Source: Haliotis rubra (lineage: Eukaryota). From it: DNA of 64,000 nt. The position numbers and the translations under genes were made by a program. The stretch is taken from NCBI RefSeq assembly GCF_003918875.1, contig NW_025767274.1, forward strand, positions 558,001-622,000, read 5' to 3'. Shown piece by piece: positions 53,151 to 64,000 of the stretch (its first letter is position 1; every line of letters begins with the position of its first letter). The notes under the pieces are model-generated. The model saw only the letters and a program-made list of their open reading frames with translations. It was not told where the DNA came from and did not search any database.

Positions 53151-56100
53151 CTTGCAAGTCATTATGAAATTAACACAGGTAGATCTGCCAAACCTCCGGG
53201 TTGTAGTTTGATATCTTCAAAACAAGCCATAGTGAGTTTTATTTCCTCATTCACTGCAGTCAGAGGCAACATATTTATATTTATCATTTTACAATTAACT
53301 AATCCCAAAGGTTAAAAGCAGAGAAAGATCTATAAGAAATAGTATTTCCACTAACGCTGCATGTCTTTTTTTCTTTACATCAAACTCTTTGGTAGTTTTA
53401 GATCCTGACAACATTTTGTCAAATTAACATCGTTCACAGAAAAATCTGACAGTTGAGAATATTAAATCTTTAAAATGAGAATTTAATGCAAGAAATGTGT
53501 CTGCATTCCAAGAAGTAACAGATTTGATTCCTGACATGCCTTGCTGGGAGTCTTGTTTATTTCCTTATCATTATAAATTATATTCAACAACAAACAGTTG
53601 ATGACCCTCATCATGTTGCTAGCACCTGCTATTCTTGGCTCTACTTTATTTTATGTACAGAGCAGGACATGCTTACCTTCTTGTGAACACCTGGTATCAT
53701 CACTGTTTTTTTAGTGATACATTCATACTAGCTTCATAATTATTTTAGCTTTTATGTCCAATAGAATCTGGTTTTCAAGGTAATTCTCTCACATTAACCT
53801 CTGTCCTATATCAACATATATCTTCTGGATACCAACAGGAGGATGCAGTGGCTGTTAAAAAACCCACATTCTCGACAACTGCAATGTATATATTCATTAT
53901 TTTTTTTTATAAAAAAAGGATACAGAATATTTCTGAGGAAGCAAATAAGCCTATATGCAGGGCTAAATAAATTAAGATCCCCTTACAAAACTGACTTGCT
54001 AAATGTCAGCTTCAAGTTCTGTACCTTAGTACCACAGCTTCTATCATTCATTCTCTTAACACAAGGAGACAACCAGTTGTTACATTCATCTAGTGGTTGA
54101 ACCCAGTTATAAATCACCCATCTTCACCAATGTTATGTGCTGTTTATCTACTAGCCCTAATATAATTTTGATATTACTCTTTCATACATCTACATACTGA
54201 CACACTTTGAAAGAATTGGCTGATCTTACATGGTTCTTTTAAACGTAATGTGAAGATATCCACAATAAATATCTACACTATCTTAGTTACATTCTTAATT
54301 ATCTTTCAAATGATTCCTGTACATATTGTATGAGGACTAGAATTGATTGAACTGTTTAAAATTGTAGTTCCTCTGCCAAAATACAAAATAAAGTTGTTGG
54401 TTTTTAAAAGTATAATATAAGGAACATTTTAACAAAATACCAAAATGTATACTCCTTAATCAACAAATGTCCAAACCTTATAAAGAGACTGTGTTTGTAT
54501 GACATTCCTCTCCTGTAGCAGAACAATGTCTTACAATTCCTTGACAAGTCTTTAACATATTGATCAGGGTCACATGAAGTGTCACAGCAAATCATTACAT
54601 TGATTTTCAAACATATATTGATCACACACACAAAAACATGTCAGTTCACACAAGAAATTTGTGAGGTGAATATCATTAATCAATCAGGGAAAAATGATTA
54701 AATACCAAACAGGAACTAACCTGAAATGTGAAAACATTTTGCATAAACTGTTTGTTGCAAATGATAAAATATAAATCTAAATGAAAAATACTTTATCTTT
54801 ATCTTCAAAATGCATATACAATATATTTCCAACAAGTATGACTTAGTCAAAATACCTCTTTTGCTCATTGAATACGAACATATTCTGGATGAAGAAGCCA
54901 AAATGATAAAACATGACAAAACTATTTCTCACGACTTCTGTTTAATAAATATTTCACTGATAACTGAAACAAAATGTAAAGACAAATGTGTATCTGACAT
55001 ACTAGGAATACATTTGAAATAAACAAAGATTGAAATATAACCATTCATTCATAAAAACATATTTGAAAACATAATGAAATAGCTTGGTCTTATCCTGAGA
55101 GACTTCACTCGCTTTGTACTACAACTACTGAACTTTAACATCCATCAATACACTGCCTTAAGGCAATAATCTGCCAGGTCACAACGGACAGCCAACATTT
55201 TCAAGTATGAGAACATTACTGTTCAGGATTTCCAGTAACGATCAACAATCAAAACTAGACACAAATACCTTCGTATATCCTGGAAAGTCTGGTAATGACT
55301 GAAAGTATAACCAATGCGAAGCTCTGACTCGGGAAACTGATCAGAAAATATCTACCCCCACGGAGAGAATTTCCTCTTCAGTCACCAACACTAAACCAGG
55401 TTCCGGTAGCACTAATCAGCTAGCAGAATCACTACCACAGCATCGCCACAACACATGCTACCAACATCAGACACCAACACTGCCCAGACAACCAACTTTG
55501 CCAAGGAAACCATTCTGATACCCCCAATTATGTAATGCGAACAAAAATTGGACAGATTAAAAGATCTGTTTTCCTTTTCCAGTATTGAACATGGGATATT
55601 GTCAATAGCAACATAGCCTTGCTTTGACAGCTATAGTCAGGCTGTATTGGCGGCGATATTTGCTTGGGCCTACACGTGGCATTTTCTCACACTAATCAGG
55701 CATGGAGTGTATGAATGCACCAAATCATGTTGTGCTTTCCGGATAGATTCTCCTGCTTCAAGCCCTCAGCAATGATGAGCAGACGTACAATGAATGTTGC
55801 TTGCAGGTGCTAACGACCCAGGACTAATTAGACCTCCAACAACAATCTGCACAAGCTATTTGAAATCTCTGATTCAATGACTACAGGCCAAAAACCTCAG
55901 ATACCACAGAAAAAAATGGCCATACCTTGTATCCTTTCATGTGTTATGCATTTTAACAAGATCCGGTTCAATTATTCAAGTACCATCCAATCCATACACA
56001 TTTTAAGTTAAGCAATGAACTTTGCATATCTAACAAGTATACTCTTTGACAGAGACTAACAGCTTTGTGAGGATAGATTAAGATTTTTTCTAACCAAAAT

Positions 56101-58160
56101 GAAGACTCACCATTTCTATTTTTCATTAATAACTTGTTGCAGTAGATCTTACGATTTTTGAAGGAGCATGCTTGTTATGGGTGTAACTTGGTACTTTTCA
56201 ATAATATGGCGGAACTTCTATACTATCATCCTGTAGGGTAACAATACACAACCATTGAGAATGAGAGCGGTGCAGTATAGCTTTATTCATTACATTCTTG
56301 GTCGATACTATTTAGCCCTGACAGTTCTGGCGCCTAAATGACAATTACCAAGAAATGCAGTGCAGTCATTGAATTACACACATTTCACACAACCAACATA
56401 ATATTCCAGCCAAAAGGACTCACACTGATGACTCAAGTTGCAAGTGTGATAGCATGTTTTCAGTTTTCAGGTCAATAGTGTCTGGACATATTGTGCCCGT
56501 ATTGACAGGAACTAAATTTGAACTCTTCCCAGAAAGGGTCAAGGAAGTATACAAAAAACACTTTAAACCTCTTGAAATGCCTCATTAGATTGGCTTGTTG
56601 GGTTGAGGAAATGTTGGTTGAAGGATGTTCTTGAAGAAGTGGTTTCAATGCTATAAATGGTAACCAAAAATGGGTACCAAACAACTTTTAGCAGCAGTTA
56701 TATCAATCTGAATCAGAATCAGTCTGCCATGTAATATTCATACTGAGAGAAATACAATGAAACACTGTCTTATTCATAAGTTTCAAATCAGAACAGCAAG
56801 TTAAGTTCTATGATTCCAAACATCAAAAGGATTACTGAGACATGAAAAAGGAAGTATTTCTTCACATGTAAATCTCAAAATATCTTTGGATCATATGCCT
56901 GGTAGTTTGACATGTTTCTGATAATGACATTAAACCAGTCTTCAAGCTGCATACCTATCTAAAAACTGTCACAAAAGCATCTCTAATGTCTTCCTAATTC
57001 TATTAGTTCTATAAGAATGAGACTGAGAGAGGATATATCTTTGATGCCAAAGTTCCTTTTCACTTCAAAATATCATTATCTCTAACCTTTAGACTAAATG
57101 TCACTTGTTCCTTTAGTATGCTTGGATCATGGATAGCAGACGCAAGAAGTGGTGAGCAGACACAAGGAGCGAAAAGCAGACATATAGAACATACACACAG
57201 AGCAGACGTGAGTAAAGACCAGCTGGCCTGTCCCTATACCTTTAGACTCTCTGTATAAATCATTGTGATTGACATACCAGCAAACAAACATGAAAGTCAA
57301 CTGACAGGCAATTGATTTCTTTAAAGAAGTCATTCATGAAACAAAAGACCAGAGCAAGAAGATTCATAATTGAGTTACATTCTCAGTGCTCAGCGAGTCA
57401 TGTTTGTCCTTTTAAAATTTCCTTTCACAGAAAAATTGCACCCATTAATTTCATGTTTCCTAAACCAATTTTTCCTGGAACCATATATATCAAAGTTTAT
57501 TAAAAATCTTCTGAAATAATTAAAAACACAAGTTCTGTGCACATTATGAATTTCTAAGGCTCGTGAAATATGTAAGTATTCACTTGATGGCACATACAAT
57601 GATCCAAAATCTATGAAAGTTTATCCCTATTGTGCTTGAATAGATTTTGAACATACTATCATCATCAGTTGATAGGACTTAATTACATACCTTGCAGCCG
57701 AGCAATGGAATCCCTATGAAGATTGATAACAATATCAGTTCGCCTGCAGGCTGGCAAAAGTATCTGATCCTATCCAAAGTGCAGCCCCACATATTGCATG
57801 TCAGGAGGCCATTTTGTCACGATCTCTAAGCCTTTATGATGGGACATCTTCCTCCAGAGGAAATTGACTCTGGTAAAAAATTGATTTTGACTACAAAAAC
57901 TACACAGTCAAACCGATAGGTTGGTGTTTTCCCAGTTACGCTTGTCAGGTAAAAAGAGATGACACAAGACGAGGGAATGTTTGATACAATACAGAAGGGA
58001 GATGATTCCACTGGTTGAGTCAAGTCAGTTTGGTATCTGAGAAAGACCAGTGTCATGGTGTAATTAGGCAGGATGCCTTCACTAGCTTGTCACATTGCAC
58101 TTTAAATGAGGGTCATGATTGACACAACTTTTTCTTAACACTATCAAATAAAGAACAAAA

Positions 58161-58193
<33 letters not shown>
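58161..58193. repeat. (CAT)n microsatellite
   Basis: 11 units. Confidence 0.95.
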
Positions 58194-60132
58194 AAACAAC
58201 AATATGTCAGCCTGCTCATAGACAATTTTCAAGAAGTTCTGAGTCAGAATATATATTATTTGTTTAAACTGGAGTTATAAATTTCAGTAATTGTACAATC
58301 ATATATCAATTCTGTGTTCTCAAAGAGCCACACATTCAAACTAAGCAATCCCAGTTTTCTTTTTGATATATGTGAAGATCTGCTGATTGTACAAAAACAA
58401 AAGTGAAAAATAAAATATATCAGCACTATACATTATGTAAATTCCACCTAAATGCAAATTGTGTTGACCCTGCAATATAGTGGATTTAATACATTAAATT
58501 ACAAAATAGTGGTTTTCATACATTAAATTACAAAATGGATTTAAACAAACTTGGCTTAATGGGCATGTGCACACTTAAATACTTTCAGTGGAAACAATTC
58601 AAGAACAGTGATTTTCTAAAATGGATTTCTTACCTACCTAAATTAATGTCAACAATTGAACAAACTTGGCTTAATGGGCACTAAAATACCAGGAAAAACA
58701 AGAACAAGAAAATCTTACTTTAATTATTTTGACCATACAAAACACTAAGCTTACAATGAACATACTTACACTAGTTGAACTGACAGATATAATAGGTAAT
58801 GTGTGGGTCCCTGTCACTTACAGTACATGTAAGTGGAAATGTGTATAAAGGGTTACGTTTATTACAAACTAACATTAGTGGTCCCTTTCAGTTTGTTATA
58901 CTTATAATTTACCGTATCGTAATCTGTGAGTTGCCTGCTAACCTATGGTAAATAAAAAGCATTAACTTTGATCATTTGCAGAACAGAGTCCATTGGTCAA
59001 AAATAGTTGCTAAAATGATATGAAAATTACAACCACTAAACTCGCTGCGAATAGCTGCAACATTGCTGATGCCGCGTTAAGCAATATTCACTCACTCACT
59101 CACTACCATTAAACTATATTATATAACGTCATATATCACACAGACACGAACCATTTATCAAACAGGCGATACGTATACAAATTCTTGAAACATAGTTTCT
59201 CATCATGATCTTTTAGGTGGTCTTTAGCAGAAATTGACTGCAGTAAACATATTAAGTGATTATCAAGGTATATGTCTCTGCCACATGTGATAACACATGA
59301 CAACAGATGATGGAACGGACACTTCGCTATTGCTTGGCTCTCAATTCATATTCTTCAAGAAGCTCCTCTCCATCATGCTCTCTGACCTGTCTCCAAGTGT
59401 AACCGAGGAGCTCAACAAAACAGCATTATCAATCTCCCTCCAACACTCACAATGCAAAAATCCAAGGTGTAATTGACTTGCAAAGCATCATCACTTCAAA
59501 ACAGCTTTCCTGTCGCCAATTCAAAGATTAATTATATTCTGAGACTATTACACTGCAAAAATGAACCATGATATTGAATTCTGATATTCAAGAATTCTAA
59601 ATGAGATCCAATTTATTCTACGATTTTTTTCCAAGTTGGATCTGGTTGGTTTTTGTACCAAGAAAGAATGAGAAAGGTGAACTCATCTGATATCCTGAGG
59701 CAAAATAAGTTAAAAACAATTTACATCCCATTTTCGAATACCAATTCCATAAATCCAATATTCAAATGAAGTTATCAAAATTAACAAGTAACTTCTATTT
59801 CAAGAATCTACTGTCATAGAAATTCTATACATAGAATAGAACCAAGCTTAAGTTTCCTTACAAAGTACCAGAAATCAATTATTAGAAATGTCTCCATTTT
59901 GTATCAATCTTACATATAACTTTAATCTTTTCAGAACAGACGCAGCCATAGTGTAGCCAACATTGATTGTAAACTTAAATACCTTACCTATCCTATAATT
60001 TGACCTACAGAAATATAATTATTTTACTCCATAACATGTCAATCTAATCCTTGATAATCTTTCATCAAAATAAGTAAAATATTATTCGTTGGCTCTGTTG
60101 ATATGATTGAAAGGGTATGTGGCTCAGTGAGA

Positions 60133-60298
60133 CTGACTGACTGAGTTTGGTTTTACGCCGCTTTTAGCAATATTCCAGCAATATCACGGCGGGGGACACC
60201 AGAAATGGGCTTCACACATTGTGTCCATGTGGGGATTCGAACCCGGGTCTTCGGCGTGACAAGCCAACGCTTTAACCACTAGGCTACCCCACCGCCCC
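60133..60298 (-). mobile_element. tRNA-derived SINE family 1, intact young copy
   Basis: GGGGCGGTGGGG-TAGCCTAGTGG (A box)...GGTTCGAATCC (B box), an anticodon-like loop TTGTCAC (Asp-like), a (TCAG)n tail and an exact 12-bp TSD ggctcagtgaga at 60121/60299. Confidence 0.97.
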
Positions 60299-61881
60299 GG
60301 CTCAGTGAGAAAGTGAGTGAGTAAATCAGTGAGTGAGTGAGTGAGTTGGTGAGTGAGTGAATCAGTGAGTAAGTGAGTCAACCAATCAGTGAATTAATCA
60401 GTCAGTCTGCCTATGTCAGTCAGTGAGTCAGTTCGTGACTCAGTTAGTGACAATTATTGCCATTCATTAAAACTCGTCATTCCAAACTGGAACAGTTATC
60501 ATTAAACATACATTATGTTTTCAAAGATGGACAGTGTCCTTCCTGCCAAATACTGCAATACTACAGGATACATCTGTCGGGACTCTTGAGATGAAATCAT
60601 TAGCACAACGCAACATTCCTTCCATTTCAGGTCAGAACATGAAACAGACTATAAGCAAAGCTGGATTACTACATGACTTCCCCTCTGGAGTAGGCATCAA
60701 TACAAAACGTTAACACTGAAAGAAGACTTTAAACACACATTTCCCACATGCAATCTTGCAATGTTTCTTTCTAATTCCTCCATCATTTGAACCTGAGTGC
60801 AGGCTTATTGATGAGCCAGTGAAGCTCCATTAAATGACTATAAATGATACGTGGATGCACATGAGCCAGAATCAGGAACAGTTAATGCAGTTTCAATCAT
60901 GAATTTTTTATGATTCATATTTGAAGCAATATTTTAGTATCAGTCCGTAGTTTCTACAAAAACTATCAAAAGACCATAACATCACTGTTTATGTTGAAAT
61001 TGCTTTGGCAATATTTGTTTATTCCAATATGAAACCATGCATAACTCTATAAATTATTCTCACGACTTCCCAATAAGATATGCTCAGTGATAACAATTCC
61101 AAGTTTTCGTGAGCTAGGTGAAACTCTAGTGGTAAGTGGCATATCACTGTATTTTGATATGATATTCTCTAAATGAGTATATTATCAGATTGTACACCAG
61201 CATTGGTCAGTACAGATTACTTACATCATACACAATTTTGTACAATAACAGGAATGTAGCACGTCAGTTCATCATGGTGGTGATGGTACTGGGCCCTTGA
61301 GCATCTCAGTAAAGCAACTGTGATAACATAATTAATAATGCTGCCATTTCCCGTGAGCATATAATTCAAGAAACATTTCACCTTTAATAGACATACAGTG
61401 TACTCATCTGTGCTACAGATAGCTGCATAATAATTGCACTTTCTATATTAAATAAAAATGAAGTAAAACAAAACCTGTCCTGCAATGTCGGTGATCTTTA
61501 CACAATGAAGTTATGGGGAAGAGTTATATTCTGGGCAATAATTACACCTTACAATTCAAACAATGACTATCAACTAACTTGAAGTTTTAAAATGGGAAAT
61601 CAAGAGACACTAAATGCATTCATTGTACCAGTTTAACTATAATTAATCTGAAAAAAATATAACATGTCCATCTTAGAGAAGACAGTGTGTTTTATGTTTA
61701 CCGCAGGCTACTTAACTGTTTGGCAAGACTGATATCTTGACACTAGGATATTTTTCACCCAGACATAGGTCCATTTCTCAACTTTGGACAATGAATAGAT
61801 AGGCCCCTTGAGTCTGTCTGTGAAGGTACAATAGTTATTTATAGAAAGATCTTGTAGTACCGCTTCTTGCATACTTATGTC

Positions 61882-62329
61882 TAGGGATGTGTATTGGCAA
61901 ATAAATTGTATTGGCAATATATTGCGATTCAGGTACCCGTATTGTTATACGTATTGCGATATATTGGAAACTTAAATGTTTGACAGTGAGTGACACTAAC
62001 TGTACATGTCAATCCTATTTTTTACATCATAAGTCACTAAACATATACGTTATGGTTCTGATAACAGAAAGCTCAAACTTAGGTTGTATAGTCATGGAGT
62101 CTAGTTTCTCTTTTATACAATTTATAGTATTACAGTATGCCGTTCTGTCATTGAATAATGAAGGAAAACATTTGTTGTGAATGAAAGTGTGTACATAATT
62201 TAAACCATAAAGATAATCACAAAAACTTCATATTTGTTCTTTACCCAATATACCGGTTCTCAGAAAAAATATTCACACATATCATTTGAAAAGCGTATTG
62301 CGATAAACCGGTAACACTGTGCAGTCCTA
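61882..62329. mobile_element. Non-autonomous hAT-like element, related to 31806-35084
   Basis: TAGGGATGTG...GTGCAGTCCTA termini with an exact 8-bp TSD cttatgtc (61874/62330). Confidence 0.88.
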
Positions 62330-63111
62330 CTTATGTCTATAAGAAGGATATACATGCAGTATTACAATGTTCCTCTCAGTAACACAGCGTGAGGAGCACC
62401 AGTCAGGAGACACTGACACCAGGACTTTCACCACCAACTGCAGAATTCCTCAGAAAATCATGTCTAGCTACTAGACATTGACCCCAACCAATTTCCTTAC
62501 TTTAATCTGTTTAGCCTTACAGGAAATCAAGGCAGAATGAGCTCTTGTAGACAAACAAGTTGTAATCTTAACTAGTATCATTCTAATTTCAGATCAGATA
62601 GACAGGATACTTTAATTATCAAGATATTTGCTATTTGCACACTGTTACTGACGCACAGAATTACAAACTAAATCTAGTCAAATCAAGTAAAAAATGTATC
62701 TGATTACAATTTTCTGGGCAGCAAGTAAAAAATAAATCTCTCTAGACTTCTTCCCAATTCTGAGCAGCAAAAAGTGTAATCAACATTCTAACTCACAGTG
62801 GCGGACAATGTACATCTAACATGTGGAAACCATATACTGACAGTCAAACTTCTGTATACACGTTAAGCTGATGACCAGTCATATTTCAGGTGCTTAGATT
62901 CCTGAAAATCAGTGATAACAGTGAAAATAAGGTGTATACAAAAAGAGTACTGTTCCCAAATTGCACATTATGCACAACCTTGAATTACAATAAAAGTATT
63001 TAGAAGTAATTACCTAATAAATGAATACATTACACTATGGTTATGATAACTTTAGATTGTTATAACTGGACCTCATTACATACATTTTGACTAAAGCATA
63101 AAGCAAGTGTC

Positions 63112-63710
63112 CAGGGCCTCCTTTCAAGAAGCACTAAGATAAGGTAACCTTAGTGCAGCAGAGGATAAGCTGCGTATCCGGGTAAAATACGCATATAAAA
63201 TTTCCAATTACGCATTGAAAAATAATTGTTGCGTACCAGTTACGCATTTAAAATGTTAGTTACGCAAAAGTTTAAAACAAATGCGTACGGAATATATTTA
63301 TACAAATCATTTGCGTAATGAAAAGACATCGATGGCTATCAAGTTGTACTGTTAGTATAGGACAAGTGTTGTACTGTCAGTATAGGATGAGTGATTTTTT
63401 ATGAAATCATTTCCATTATATTTAAGTTGGTTTTGATTAGGTATGACATAAGGCAGAACATACCTGCTTAGTAAACTTACTCTGTCACATAATACTTAGG
63501 TGAGTAAAATGACTGAAATACGCACATATTTGAAAGCAGTGGGTAACGGAAAATGAAATACCCACTCAACATTCATAATACCCTCTCCAAAAAAATACAC
63601 TGGGTACAGTACCCACATGAGCTAAATCTTATCTGGAGCTCTGGTGCAATGTTAAAGAATGGGAGTTAAGGTTCACTTTAGTAAAGGTTGCTTTGTGAAA
63701 GGAGCCCCTG
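63112..63710. mobile_element. Harbinger-like MITE interrupted by a second element (63159-63643)
   Basis: Outer TIR cagggcctcctttcaagaagca / tgctttgtgaaaggagcccctg. Inner element CAGAG..GATAAG...CTTATCTGGAGCTCTG with TACGCA/TGCGTA repeats. Confidence 0.7.
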
Positions 63711-64000
63711 GACAAAATTCCCAGCCCATTGGTTCATAATAATCATGTTCATTATAAAAATAATTTACTGTAAGTACATAGATGCACCTCAAACTACTGT
63801 CACTAACCCAAAATTATAGAAGCATTATGAAACTTTAATTCCGTCTGCATATCATAAATTAACTTATTCTGTCAAATATCCTTCCTCCAGTACTTGTCTA
63901 ACCTGACCGTCTGTAAAAGTCACACAAATTGAATTGAGAAAGATAAATTTTACAAACATTTAAATCCTACCTCCATATTTACTATAAATATCATTTTTGC

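Noticed and set aside
60225-60298. tRNA-Asp gene
   Set aside because: A/B boxes are present, but the sequence continues into a SINE body and tail with a TSD and has many dispersed copies.

Overview
AT-rich, repeat-dense animal genomic DNA. The SINE repertoire suggests a gastropod mollusc such as abalone (inference). The only host coding sequence I can support is the first coding exon of a high-affinity choline transporter (SLC5A7/CHT1-like) on the minus strand: CDS 43789->43615, a 3' splice site at 43846 and a phase-1 GT donor at 43614. I found no downstream exon, so 1-43614 is probably part of one intron of >43 kb, and the region above 43846 is probably 5'-UTR intron or upstream DNA. The rest is a 5.5-kb array of a 62-bp satellite, several minisatellites, about 16 copies of a tRNA-derived SINE (many with exact target-site duplications, TSDs), a second SINE-like family sharing the same tail, old V-SINE-like copies, L2 and L1/Tx1 LINE 3' fragments, and non-autonomous hAT, Kolobok, Tc1/pogo and PIF/Harbinger-like elements, some nested. 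Most notable: (1) a TSD-flanked Penelope-like fold-back insertion at 50424-50732 with a minimal U3-A8 hammerhead ribozyme motif, tandem half-copies and an antisense arm; (2) an almost one-way SINE orientation that may reflect GTGAGT splice-donor tails; (3) a satellite unit that reads as branch point plus 3' splice site on the gene's sense strand. All coordinates and counts were read by eye.
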